A stretch of DNA of 64,000 nt, from assembly GCA_035934555.1 (NCBI GenBank), contig DASYXT010000096.1, forward strand, positions 1 to 64,000, read 5' to 3'. The stretch is from Verrucomicrobiia bacterium. GTDB lineage: Bacteria; Verrucomicrobiota; Verrucomicrobiia; Limisphaerales; UBA8199. This document shows positions 48,682 to 58,166 of the stretch, piece after piece (position 1 is the first letter of the stretch; each line of letters starts with the position of its first letter). The notes under the pieces were generated by a model. It was not told where the DNA came from and ran no database searches. It saw only the letters and a program-made list of their open reading frames with translations. Position numbers and translations under genes: made by a program.

Positions 48682-50772
48682 ATGATTGTTTCTGCGCGGA
48701 AATCACTCGTCCGCTCTCGTCGCACCCAAACTGCGGGTGCGCGTTGGCTGCTGCCGTGGTTGGGCCACGCATGGATCCTTCCTTTGCTAGCGGGGGTGTT
48801 GATTACGGCTCCAGCGAGCGCCGATACCCAAACCAATCAGGTTGACCTTACAGCCCTGCCACTGGAAGCGTTGATGAACCTCGATGTTCACGTGGTCTAT
48901 GGCGCCTCCAGGCTCGAACAGAAAACCACAGAAGCTCCTTCCTCCGTGACGATCGTCACGGCTGACGAAATCAAAAAGTATGGCTATCGGACGCTGGCGG
49001 ATGTGCTGGCCAGCGTCCAGGGGTTTTACGTCTCGTACGACCGCAATTACGCGTTTCTGGGGACGCGCGGGATCAACCTGGGGGACTTTAATGATCGAAT
49101 TCTGCTGCTGGTAAATGGGCACCGAGTCAATAACGACTTCACGGATGGCGCGTTCATTGGCACCGCGTTCATCCTCGATATCGACTTGATCGATCGCGTC
49201 GAGATCATTCGCGGCCCCGGCTCGGCCATCTATGGCAACAACGCCTTTCTTGGCGTGATCAACGTGATCACCCGCACTGGGAAACAGTTGAACGGATTCG
49301 AGACCTCAGGCGAGTACGGCGCTTTCGACACCTACAAAGGCCGGGTGAGTTTTGGCAAGCTGTTCGACAATGGGGTGCAACTGCTGCTCTCGGGCACGTA
49401 TTACGACAGCGGCGGCCAGGATGAACTGTTCTATAAACAATTTGATACTCCTGCCCAAAATAACGGCGTCGCCGACGATATGGACGCCGATCGCGCCGGG
49501 AGCGCCTTTGGCTCCGTGAGCTACGGCGATTTTGCGCTCGAAGGCGCCTTCAATGACCGCGAAAAGATTAATCCAACGGCGCAGTTCAACCTCACCACCT
49601 TCAATGATCCCCGGCTGCGTACCACCGATGAGCGCAGCTACGTCGAGTTGAAATACACCCATAATTTCGCCGATATTGTCGATGTCGCCGCGCAGGTGTA
49701 TTACGACAGTTATTCGCACCAGATTGGCTATCCCCAGTCCCTGCTCTCGGGAACGAACGTGCTGTTCAGCAGGTTTTCCTCTGAACGGGACCTGGGTGAA
49801 TGGTGGGGCACCCAACTTCAGCTCAACAAGAAGCTGTGGGACCGCCACATCCTCACCCTGGGCGCGGAATATCGCGACGACTTCCTTCAGGATTCGCGGT
49901 TGGTGGTCGAAGGCGCGCCTGAACAAGGCTTCTACAGCCGCACCAACCGAACCAGCTACGGCATTTATGGGCAGGGCGATTTCGAGATTATCACCAATCT
50001 TCATCTGGTTGCCGGCGTCCGATACGACCAATATGGCGAGTTTAGTCCTTCAACCGACCCGCGCGTCGCTTTGATTTACCACCCCTTTACCACTTCAACG
50101 CTCAAAGCGATCTACGGCACCGCGTTCCGCGCCCCGAGTTTTTATGAACTGTCCACTTCGGACCAACCGCTCAGGCCGGAACGCATCACCGGTTATGAGC
50201 TGGTCTATGAACAGGAACTGGGGCCGCACCTGCGGTCCTCATTGTCGGGTTTCTACAACGATATGAGCGACCTGCTCGTGTTCAGCAGCGGGAGTTTCAC
50301 CAATTTCAACGCGCAAACCAAAGGCGTCGAATTGGCCTTCGAGGGCAATTGGGCAAACGGTGTTCGCGGCCGTGCCAGTTATTCCTTTCAGGACACCCGC
50401 AATTCGTCCGTCGGTTGGCAGATGCCCGACTCCCCCAACCACCTGCTTAAGTTCGATCTGAGTGTGCCGGTGGTCAGCGACAAGCTGTTTGCCGGTCTCG
50501 AATTTCAATACACCAGCGATCGTCGCAGCTTGCACTCGACCACTGATATCGACGGACAACCCATCACGGTGCAAGGCGAGGAAGCGGGTGGCTTTGGGGT
50601 GATTAATTTCACTTTGTTCAGTCAGAAGCTAATCAAAAACCTCGAAATCTCAGCGAGCGTGTACAACCTGCTGGACCGGCATTATGTTGACCCGGCGTCG
50701 CAGTTTCACGTGCAGGACGTGATCGTGCAGGACGGGCGCAGCTTTCGGGTAAAACTGACGTATCGTTTCTAG
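48682..50772 (+). CDS. TonB-dependent outer-membrane receptor
   Basis: Signal peptide, plug domain (TEAPSSVTIVTADEI…RGPGSAIYG), 22-strand barrel, and the C-terminal …VKLTYRF. Confidence 0.85.
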   Translation: MIVSARKSLVRSRRTQTAGARWLLPWLGHAWILPLLAGVLITAPASADTQTNQVDLTALPLEALMNLDVHVVYGASRLEQKTTEAPSSVTIVTADEIKKYGYRTLADVLASVQGFYVSYDRNYAFLGTRGINLGDFNDRILLLVNGHRVNNDFTDGAFIGTAFILDIDLIDRVEIIRGPGSAIYGNNAFLGVINVITRTGKQLNGFETSGEYGAFDTYKGRVSFGKLFDNGVQLLLSGTYYDSGGQDELFYKQFDTPAQNNGVADDMDADRAGSAFGSVSYGDFALEGAFNDREKINPTAQFNLTTFNDPRLRTTDERSYVELKYTHNFADIVDVAAQVYYDSYSHQIGYPQSLLSGTNVLFSRFSSERDLGEWWGTQLQLNKKLWDRHILTLGAEYRDDFLQDSRLVVEGAPEQGFYSRTNRTSYGIYGQGDFEIITNLHLVAGVRYDQYGEFSPSTDPRVALIYHPFTTSTLKAIYGTAFRAPSFYELSTSDQPLRPERITGYELVYEQELGPHLRSSLSGFYNDMSDLLVFSSGSFTNFNAQTKGVELAFEGNWANGVRGRASYSFQDTRNSSVGWQMPDSPNHLLKFDLSVPVVSDKLFAGLEFQYTSDRRSLHSTTDIDGQPITVQGEEAGGFGVINFTLFSQKLIKNLEISASVYNLLDRHYVDPASQFHVQDVIVQDGRSFRVKLTYRF

Positions 50773-50812
50773 ACAATGGCACGACAGGTGCTCTGTCTTT
50801 GGGCAGAAGTAT

Positions 50813-52153
50813 ATGCGGTTCGGACAATTTTTGCTAACACGGCTGCAAAGGATGCTCAGATGCGGCCTGTTGCTGGCGCTTTTTGCGCAACGCCTTTGCC
50901 TCGCCACCGGGCCGCCCCCGGTCATAACTGTCCAACCTCAGAGCTTGGATGTCCCATTATTGGGCGTTGCCACATTCTCAGTCACTGCGTCCAGCGGCAC
51001 GACTATGAGTTATCAATGGTACCAAAACGGCAATCCCATCGCTGGGGCCAACTCCAGTAGTTACTCGATCCTTACAGTCTTAGGGCTCAGTGCCGGAACC
51101 TACTGCGTGCTAGTGAGCAATGCGGGCGGCTCGGTGATGAGCGCCAACGCAACTTTGAATCTCGCACAGGCACCTGTCATTTACACGCAACCGCAGTCGC
51201 AGCCCGTCATTCAGGGTCAAAGCGCCTCGTTTTCCGTTGGGGCCAACGCCTTGCCCAGCCCCTCCTACCAATGGTACTTCAACAGCTCCAGGCTCGCCAG
51301 TGGCACCAGTTCAACTTTAGCCCTGAGCAATGTTGGAGCGAGCCAGGCGGGCAATTATAAGGTCGTCCTGGCCAACAGCGCTGGGACCGTCACTAGTGCC
51401 GTCGCCATACTGACGGTTTATGTGCCGCCCGCCCTGCAAACCCAGCCCACCAATCAGTCGGTCATCGTGGGCCAGAGCACGGCTTTTTCAGTCGTGGTAA
51501 GTAGTCCCCCACCGTTCAACTACCAATGGAATTTCAATGGCGCGGCATTGCCTGGGGCAACCAATGCGGCCTTGATGCTTTCGAACGTGCAAACAAATCA
51601 GGCCGGCGGATACAGCGCCGTGGTGAGCAATCCTGCCGGCAGCATCACCAGCCAGGTCGCCACGCTGACGGTTAATGTTCCCGCTGGAATCGCAACTCAA
51701 CCCCAAAACCAAATTGTACTGCCGGGCCAGCCGGCTTCGTTCTCCGTAGTCGCGACTGGCACCTCACCGATTGTTTATCAATGGTACTTCAATGCGACAC
51801 CAATCGGGGGAGGGACTAACTCAACGTTGATTGTGCTAAATGTTCAGCAAGCCCAGGCGGGCAGTTACACCGTGCGGGTAGCCAACCCGGGAGGCTCGGT
51901 CATCAGCAGTGCCGCCACTTTGACCGTCCAACCCCCGCCTGTGTTGTCGGTGTCCGGGGCCGGCGTGACCACCACTGGCTTCTCTTTCCAATTCTCCGTT
52001 CCTGTGGGGCATACTTTCGTCGTTTTGGCCTCGGGCGATCTGCGTAGCTGGACGTCTATCGGCACCAATGTCGCGGTGTCCAGTACTTCAACCTTTGTAG
52101 ATACCGCCGCGACGAATTATCCCCAGCGGTTTTATCGAGTCGTAACGCAGTAG
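50813..52153 (+). CDS. Secreted protein with about four tandem Ig-like (I-set) repeats
   Basis: Repeats of PxIxxQPQSQxVxxGQSASFSVxA…YQWYFN…AxxGxY. Confidence 0.7.
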   Translation: MRFGQFLLTRLQRMLRCGLLLALFAQRLCLATGPPPVITVQPQSLDVPLLGVATFSVTASSGTTMSYQWYQNGNPIAGANSSSYSILTVLGLSAGTYCVLVSNAGGSVMSANATLNLAQAPVIYTQPQSQPVIQGQSASFSVGANALPSPSYQWYFNSSRLASGTSSTLALSNVGASQAGNYKVVLANSAGTVTSAVAILTVYVPPALQTQPTNQSVIVGQSTAFSVVVSSPPPFNYQWNFNGAALPGATNAALMLSNVQTNQAGGYSAVVSNPAGSITSQVATLTVNVPAGIATQPQNQIVLPGQPASFSVVATGTSPIVYQWYFNATPIGGGTNSTLIVLNVQQAQAGSYTVRVANPGGSVISSAATLTVQPPPVLSVSGAGVTTTGFSFQFSVPVGHTFVVLASGDLRSWTSIGTNVAVSSTSTFVDTAATNYPQRFYRVVTQ

Positions 52154-52158
52154 CGGAT

Positions 52159-53274
52159 CTATTTCTCCGTTGCCTGGATGTCCTGGTTGCCCGTCGAGGT
52201 TTGAGGGATTTTCCAGAACCGCCTGGAAGCAATGCTCTGTTTTCTGTCCTCATCCTGAATGAGGATCAAAGCGGCGGTACGAGGTAACCGATTTACCAAT
52301 GCCAAGCCGCGTTGGGCTCCAAGCACACAGACGGTCGTCGCCAGCGCGTCCGTCATAGTCGCGTTGGGCGCGATGACCGATGCCTGAATGCGGTTGGTCA
52401 ACCCCAACCCCGTTGCCGGATTCAGGATATGCGAGTAACGCGCGCCGCCGATTTCGATAAACTGCTCGGAATCGCCGGAAGTGGAAATGCCCGCATCATG
52501 CAGCAACAATAGTGTGGTGATCTCCTGGTCTTTGGCGTCAATGGCTGCGATGCCGACCTTCCAGCCGGTCTTGCCTGGTGGTGGTTTGCCGATAGCAATA
52601 TCCCCGCTGGCGGCCACCAGCGCGCGCTCAATTCCCCTGCCCCGCAGCAGCTTCAGCGCGTCATCGGCCGCGTAACCTTTGGCGATCCCGCCCAGGTCCA
52701 GCCGCATATGCGGGACCAGCAGTGTCACCGTGCGGGTGCGCGCATCCAGCCGCAGCTTTTGGTATCCCACCGCTTGGCGTGCCTCGGCCAATTGCGCCTC
52801 GGTGGGCAGCACTTTGCGTTTCCGGGCGAACCGCCACAGCCGCACGTACGGGCCCACGGTCACATCGAAGCACCCACCGGACATCGCCGAAATCTTCTGC
52901 GCTGATTCCAGCACGTCGAACAAATCCTTGCTAACCGGGACCGGTTGGCCGCAGGGTTGATCGCACAGGCGCATCAACTCACTGTCGGCTTCATAATCGC
53001 TCATGATGTCCTCGAGCGCTTCGATGCGTTGGAACGCCGCTCCCGCAGCCTCGTTGGCCTTGTCGCTACCTGGCGCATAAAGCGTAATAAAGAACAACGT
53101 CCCCATCGCCGGGTGCTTGAACTCAAACCGCTTCAGCGGCGCTTCCGCCCCATGAGAGCAGAACCCGGATACCAGCAACGCCAGGGCCGTGAATAAGACA
53201 AGGATTAATGGATTTTCGATTTTCGATTTTCGATTTTCGATTAACCCGGAAATCTCACCCTCATTCATGGGCAT
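52159..53274 (-). CDS. apbE: FAD:protein FMN transferase (ApbE family)
   Basis: Signal peptide, then the ApbE core (FDVTVGPYVRLW…LGGIAKGYAAD…SGD). Start chosen at MPMNEGE. The longer ORF to 53430 is a low-complexity extension. Confidence 0.8.
   Translation of the reverse strand: MPMNEGEISGLIENRKSKIENPLILVLFTALALLVSGFCSHGAEAPLKRFEFKHPAMGTLFFITLYAPGSDKANEAAGAAFQRIEALEDIMSDYEADSELMRLCDQPCGQPVPVSKDLFDVLESAQKISAMSGGCFDVTVGPYVRLWRFARKRKVLPTEAQLAEARQAVGYQKLRLDARTRTVTLLVPHMRLDLGGIAKGYAADDALKLLRGRGIERALVAASGDIAIGKPPPGKTGWKVGIAAIDAKDQEITTLLLLHDAGISTSGDSEQFIEIGGARYSHILNPATGLGLTNRIQASVIAPNATMTDALATTVCVLGAQRGLALVNRLPRTAALILIQDEDRKQSIASRRFWKIPQTSTGNQDIQATEK
53211..53242. repeat. Heptanucleotide tandem repeat (GATTTTC)x4.5
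   Basis: Read directly from the sequence. It encodes IENRKSKIENP in the n-region of the apbE signal peptide on the minus strand. Confidence 0.7.
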
Positions 53275-53440
53275 CGTTCGATTGTCCCTGCGCGTTTCCC
53301 CACCCCCATAACTGGTGGTACTGAGAACGTCCCCTGATGCCTCACTCTTGCTATGTGACATCTGACCTTTGACTTCTGATTTCTGACTTCTGCCCTCTGA
53401 CCAATGCTCTCTAATATCCACTCTCATCACTGAACCCTGA

Positions 53441-54802
53441 TTACTGTTTACTGATTACTGCACACTGAACCAGCGCTTGGTCCAATCGTCCCAGCGCCCG
53501 TTCCTTGCCGAGAATGGCGAGCAAATGGTACAGACTCGGCCCGGCGGTTTTGCCACAGCACGCCAAGCGCGTCGGATGCACCAGCACACCGGGTTTGACC
53601 CCAAGTTCCTGCGCGACGGCTTTCAAGGTATTGCCGATGGGGTCCGGTTCGAAGGGTTCAAGCTGGGCCAGCGCGTCCCGCAGCCGAGCCAGGCGCGGCC
53701 GGTTTTCCGGTATGAAATCGCGCGTAACGGCTTCCGGATCATACTCCACTTGCTCTTTGAAATAGAAGCCCGCATACGCCGGCAGTTCACCGAAGAGCTT
53801 GAACTTGCCCTTGCAAGTATCGAGCGCAGCTTTGACATACGCGACCGGGTATTGGTTTGTGTCCAGACCGGCGCGAGCCAGCGCGTGCAGCGACAATTCG
53901 TAGAATCGGTCATCCTGCATCTCGCGGATGTACTCGCCGTTGAGCCAACTGAGCTTGGCCAAGTCGAATCGGGCGTTATGCCGCAGAATCTGTGGTAAAT
54001 CAAACAGCTCGAGCACCTCGCCCAGGGGCATTTTTTCCCGGTTGTTCTTCGGAGACCACCCCAGCAGGCACAGGTAATTGACCAGCGCCTCCGGCGCATA
54101 ACCCTCCTCCATATAGCTCGTCAGCGACGCGCCTTTGTCCCGCTTACTCATTTTGGTCCCGTCAATGTTCAGAATCAGCGGGATGTGCGCATATTTCGGC
54201 GGCTCGACTCCAAACGCGCGGAACAGCGCAATGTGTTTGGCCGTATTGCTGAGGTGGTCTTCGCCTCGGATGACATGGGTAATGTTCATTTCGAGGTCAT
54301 CGACCACATTCACCAGATGGAACACTGGCTGGCCGTCGGAACGAACAATGACGAAATCCGGGTCGGCTTGCTCGCGGTCGGTCAACTCGCGCCGCACATC
54401 GCCCACCACCAGGTCGGGAATGATAATCGCCTCGCGGCCCATCTTGAATTTAATCGCTCCTTCGTGCTCGTAAGCCAGCCCATGCGACAACAACGCCTCC
54501 ACTCGCCGCGTGTAGTTCTCCTTGCGCTGGCTCTGGAAGTAGGGGCCGTAATCCCCTTTGCTCGGCCCGGTGGCGTCGCTGCCCACCGGCCCCTCATCCC
54601 AGTCCAGCCCCAGCCAGCGCAGCCCATCGAGGATCACATTCACCGCCGCCTGCGTGTTCCGGGCCACATCCGTATCCTCGATCCGCAAAATAAAAGTGCC
54701 GCCCGTGTGCCGGGCGTATAGCCAATTGAACAAAGCCGTGCGGGCGCCCCCGATATGCAAGAACCCCGTCGGGCTCGGCGCAAAACGAACTCGTGCCTTC
54801 AT
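53441..54802 (-). CDS. gltX: Glutamate--tRNA ligase
   Basis: Class I HIGH (PSPTGFLHIGG) and KMSK (TKMSKRD) motifs. Start MKARVRFAPSPTG. Confidence 0.9.
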   Translation of the reverse strand: MKARVRFAPSPTGFLHIGGARTALFNWLYARHTGGTFILRIEDTDVARNTQAAVNVILDGLRWLGLDWDEGPVGSDATGPSKGDYGPYFQSQRKENYTRRVEALLSHGLAYEHEGAIKFKMGREAIIIPDLVVGDVRRELTDREQADPDFVIVRSDGQPVFHLVNVVDDLEMNITHVIRGEDHLSNTAKHIALFRAFGVEPPKYAHIPLILNIDGTKMSKRDKGASLTSYMEEGYAPEALVNYLCLLGWSPKNNREKMPLGEVLELFDLPQILRHNARFDLAKLSWLNGEYIREMQDDRFYELSLHALARAGLDTNQYPVAYVKAALDTCKGKFKLFGELPAYAGFYFKEQVEYDPEAVTRDFIPENRPRLARLRDALAQLEPFEPDPIGNTLKAVAQELGVKPGVLVHPTRLACCGKTAGPSLYHLLAILGKERALGRLDQALVQCAVISKQ

Positions 54803-54959
54803 GTTCCGCACAGTATGCCCCAGGCCCTCCTCAATCACCAGCCCTACCGAAGAGCGCGCGGACTCTCGTCGTTCAGGACCCGCCAAACAAACCCAAACAA
54901 GTTCTGTTCAACTCTGTTGAATTGCCGCGTCTGGAACGCCGTTTGCTCTACTCCGGACC

Positions 54960-55127
54960 ATGACAGCAATTTCCTTCACAAACGTTCTGGCTGAGGCCCT
55001 CATAGGGTGGATGGCAGCCATCGCACTCTCAGTGGTCGGCTACTTGTTCTGGCTCGAAATTCGCGAACTGCGCCGCAACCGCCGCATGGACGCTGAGCGC
55101 GTCCGCCTTGGCCTCCGCCGGGCTTAA
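54960..55127 (+). CDS. Possible small membrane protein (55 aa; below the ORF-track cutoff)
   Basis: MTAISFTNVLAEALIGWMAAIALSVVGYLFWLEIRELRRNRRMDAERVRLGLRRA: one TM helix plus an Arg-rich tail. Uncertain. Confidence 0.25.
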   Translation: MTAISFTNVLAEALIGWMAAIALSVVGYLFWLEIRELRRNRRMDAERVRLGLRRA

Positions 55128-55327
55128 CCCAAATCCGAGCCCGCTCACTGGCACCAGACCAGTCGAGCCGCTTCGCCGGGCCCGTTTCAGGCCAGGCTGG
55201 CGTTTGTCTCGGCTGCGGCGGGGCCGTACGCCGCGTTGTCTCCCTTCTGGACACGAGCATTTGGTCCTCTGCCCGGCACAGAACAGTTCGTCGCACACGC
55301 GACACCCCCAGTCTGGCGAGGATTCTG

Positions 55328-55493
55328 CTCTCCCCTTCGCAAGGGGGTATGTGTGTAGCGGAGTGCGCCCGTCCCGGGCGCAGCAGTGTCCGAACCAAGG
55401 CCGGCGTTAGATGAGTCGTAGCCGCCAGTGTTGTTGGACATCGCTGCGCCCGGGACGGGCGCACTCCGCTAAAACAGATACGGAAGGGGAGAG
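55328..55493. repeat. Nested inverted-repeat element: outer 11-bp arms (CTCTCCCCTTC), inner perfect 28-bp arms (AGCGGAGTGCGCCCGTCCCGGGCGCAGC), 58-nt loop
   Basis: Read directly. Inner arms at 55357-55384 and 55443-55470, outer arms at 55328-55338 and 55483-55493. About 60 nt downstream of the panE stop. MITE-like or a large structured RNA/terminator. Confidence 0.45.
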
Positions 55494-55555
55494 GCCCGGG
55501 TGCTTCTTTTTCCCACGGTCCTCTGAATAAGCCCTTCGTTTCCTTCCGTGGCTTT

Positions 55556-56560
55556 TCAGGTCTCTGTTCTCTCTGTTTCCTCCTGTTCGCCCTTAGTTAT
55601 CTCATCCAATTCTTGTAGCACCCGGCACAGCGCCTCGAGTCGCGGCGCCGCCACACCGGCTTGGCGCGCACGCCGTAATGGTTCAAGGAACAGCGCCTCC
55701 AATTCCAAGGCTTGCCGCCGTTCAAAATCGATCAATGTGGACGGTTTGTAGCCGCCCATGGTCCGCGTGCGCGCGATTTGCGTTTGCGCAAGGTCATCCG
55801 GCAGGTCGAACCCCAGCGCTCGCGCGCCCCGAATCACCTCCTCAATCAACTCCAGTACCAGCCGCGCCCAACCCGCATCCGCCAGCAGCCGGTCGGTCGT
55901 CAAACAGCCCGACAGCCCTCGGGCGTCCCCTTCCCAGCGCCCGCTCAACACCGCCTCCAACCCCGCCGCACTAGCCACACCCAACCCGTTGAAGGGAATG
56001 TTCCACGTCAGTTTTTCCCAATGCGCCCGCGCCAGATTGTCCGTCACCGAACAGGGCACACCCGCAGCACGCAACATCCCGGCGATGGTGTGCGTCCGCG
56101 GTTCCGGCCAGCCTTGAAATTCCCCCAAAATAACCTGCCCATGGTCAATGTGGTGCACCAGCCCCGGTTCGAGCCGGTTCAAACAAACAAAGCACAATCC
56201 GCCGAGGATTTGCCCGGGGGCGAACAACTCCGCCAATCGCTCTTCGTTGCCCAAGCCGTTCTGCAACGTCAGCACCGCGGTCCCCGCCCCCACCAGCGGC
56301 CTGAGCAACCGCGCGAACTGCTCGTTGGCCGTCGTCTTTAGCCCGATCAGCACCAAATCGCTTTGCCCGATCTGCTCCGGCGCCTGCGCGCACCGCGGCC
56401 GCACGCGAAAATCCCCTTGCCCGCTGCGCACCAAAAGCCCCTTGCGCCGGACCGCGTCGTAGTCGGACCGCAAGAGGAAATGCACCTCCTGGCCGGCGTG
56501 CGCCAGCTTCGCGCCATAAAAACTGCCGACAGCTCCGCAGCCGACCACGGCGATCTTCAC
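55556..56560 (-). CDS. panE: 2-dehydropantoate 2-reductase (ketopantoate reductase family)
   Basis: MKIAVVGCGAVGSFYGAKLA Rossmann fold and ApbA/PanE C-terminal domain. Confidence 0.8.
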   Translation of the reverse strand: MKIAVVGCGAVGSFYGAKLAHAGQEVHFLLRSDYDAVRRKGLLVRSGQGDFRVRPRCAQAPEQIGQSDLVLIGLKTTANEQFARLLRPLVGAGTAVLTLQNGLGNEERLAELFAPGQILGGLCFVCLNRLEPGLVHHIDHGQVILGEFQGWPEPRTHTIAGMLRAAGVPCSVTDNLARAHWEKLTWNIPFNGLGVASAAGLEAVLSGRWEGDARGLSGCLTTDRLLADAGWARLVLELIEEVIRGARALGFDLPDDLAQTQIARTRTMGGYKPSTLIDFERRQALELEALFLEPLRRARQAGVAAPRLEALCRVLQELDEITKGEQEETERTET

Positions 56561-56565
56561 GCGCC

Positions 56566-56612
56566 AATAAAAAAGGCACCCTGAGGACCTCAGAGTGCCT
56601 TCAGAAAAAAGG
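56566..56612 (-). terminator. Rho-independent terminator of the HU gene
   Basis: ggcaccctgagg/cctcagagtgcc stem. On the minus strand it is followed by UUUUUUAUU (plus-strand aataaaaaa at 56566-56574). Confidence 0.6.
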
Positions 56613-56616
56613 TGGC

Positions 56617-56913
56617 TTACTTCGCGCCCAGGATCGCGTCCTTAGCCGCTTTGGCGACCCGGAATTTCACAACGCGCTTGGCCGGAATCTTGATGGTCTG
56701 GCCCTTCTTCGGCCCGAATTGCATCGTCATCTCGCGCGCGGGACGGTTCACCAACACCAGCTTGCCCAACCCGGGCACCGTAAAGGTGTTCTTGGCCTGT
56801 TTGTATGCCAGCTCGGCGACCGTATCCAGCGCCTGCACCGCCTGCTTCTTGCTGATTCCGGCCTTCTCAGCCACGGTCGCCGCAATTTGGGACTTCGACA
56901 TTGCTTTTGCCAT
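56617..56913 (-). CDS. hup: HU/IHF-family nucleoid-associated DNA-binding protein
   Basis: 98 aa. MAKAMSKSQIAATVAEKAGISKKQA…GKLVLVNRPAR…RVVKFRVAKAAK, plus a Lys/Ala-rich tail. Confidence 0.9.
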   Translation of the reverse strand: MAKAMSKSQIAATVAEKAGISKKQAVQALDTVAELAYKQAKNTFTVPGLGKLVLVNRPAREMTMQFGPKKGQTIKIPAKRVVKFRVAKAAKDAILGAK

Positions 56914-57071
56914 AATAATGTGGTGTGTGTTTTTGTTGTTAATTGGTAACTCAAGTCGTACGACTTGGCCGTATTAAAACCCTTCACTCCGCTCGCGCAA
57001 GTAGAAAATACTACTTTTTTCGAAGAAAAATGAAGTTTTTGGCCCTGCGCGCACCCCGGCCTTGACTTGAA

Positions 57072-58106
57072 ATGCTGATCGTCCAACATCGCACTGTGGC
57101 CGTTTTCACCATCCAGAATGAACTCCGCTACGAAGTTGTCCGCCAACTCTACGAGGGCGGCATGGGGATCGTGTACGAAGCCGAGCAACTCGGCGCTCAC
57201 GGCTTCGTCAAACGCGTCGCCATAAAAGTCATCCGCCAGAATTACGCCAACCAGAAGCAATTCATCGACAATTTTATCGGCGAGGCCAAGCTCGTCGCCG
57301 ACCTCATCCACACCAACATTTGCCAGACCTATCACCTGGCCGAAACCCAGGGCATGTACTTCATGGCGATGGAGTTGATCCGCGGCGCCAACCTGGAACA
57401 ATTCACCCTGCGCCTGGTTGATCGCCACCGCACCTTGCCCAAAGAACTCGCCGTCTTCATCGTCAGCCGCGTCGCCCGCGGCCTGGCCTACGCCCACGCC
57501 AAGACTGACAAAGACGGCCGCCCGCTCGGCATCGTCCATCGCGATGTCAGCTTTAAGAACATCATGATTGCCTTCGAAGGCGACGTGAAACTCACCGATT
57601 TCGGCATCGCTAAAGCCCGCGGTTTTCTCGTGGATAACGAAGGCGAAGTCGTCGCCGGCAAAGCTGATTATATGAGCCCGGAGCAGGCGAACTTTCAAAT
57701 CACCGACAAACGGTCGGATATTTTTTCCGCCGGGGTGGTGCTGGCGCACTTGCTGCTCGGGCGCAACCTGTTCAAAGGTCTCAATGCGGAGGACTCCCGG
57801 CAACGTATGATCAATATGCCCATACCGGATTTCCGCAAAATGGATAATCGGATCGATGACCGGCTCAACATCATCCTGCAGCGCGCGCTGTCTCGCAACC
57901 TTGACAACCGGTATCCTACCGCCGACGAGTTGCTGTATGACTTGGAGCACTACATTTATCACTCCGGTTACGGTCCAACCAACGAAACGATGGGAAAGTT
58001 CATGCGCGAACTTTTCGCCGAGCCTGCGCCCGGGCTGGCTGCCGACCGCGCCCGCTCCAGCGCAGACCTGCTCCAGCCAACCGCTCCACCCCATTCGGCA
58101 AAGTAA
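57072..58106 (+). CDS. Hanks-type Ser/Thr protein kinase (kinase domain only)
   Basis: GxGxxG-like EGGMGIVY, VAIK, HRDVSFKNIM, DFG (KLTDFGIAKA), and an APE-like SPEQ. Confidence 0.85.
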   Translation: MLIVQHRTVAVFTIQNELRYEVVRQLYEGGMGIVYEAEQLGAHGFVKRVAIKVIRQNYANQKQFIDNFIGEAKLVADLIHTNICQTYHLAETQGMYFMAMELIRGANLEQFTLRLVDRHRTLPKELAVFIVSRVARGLAYAHAKTDKDGRPLGIVHRDVSFKNIMIAFEGDVKLTDFGIAKARGFLVDNEGEVVAGKADYMSPEQANFQITDKRSDIFSAGVVLAHLLLGRNLFKGLNAEDSRQRMINMPIPDFRKMDNRIDDRLNIILQRALSRNLDNRYPTADELLYDLEHYIYHSGYGPTNETMGKFMRELFAEPAPGLAADRARSSADLLQPTAPPHSAK

Positions 58107-58166
58107 GACCCCGGGCCCGGTCGGCTGCCCCCGCCGTCCGGCGGCCCATCACGGCTCAGTCCCCTT

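Noticed and set aside
53211-53242. CRISPR array check (tandem repeats at 53211 and 36951, REP copies at 43555-43640)
   Set aside because: Repeat units are 7-10 bp or ~30 bp. They are adjacent, with no unique spacers of regular length, and there are no cas genes. These are not CRISPR.
54803-55555. tRNA/tmRNA/other known ncRNA in the 750-bp gltX-panE gap
   Set aside because: I could not recognise a cloverleaf with a conserved T-loop (GTTCRANYC), nor tmRNA or RNase P signatures, by eye. The structured element I did see is reported as a repeat and finding instead.
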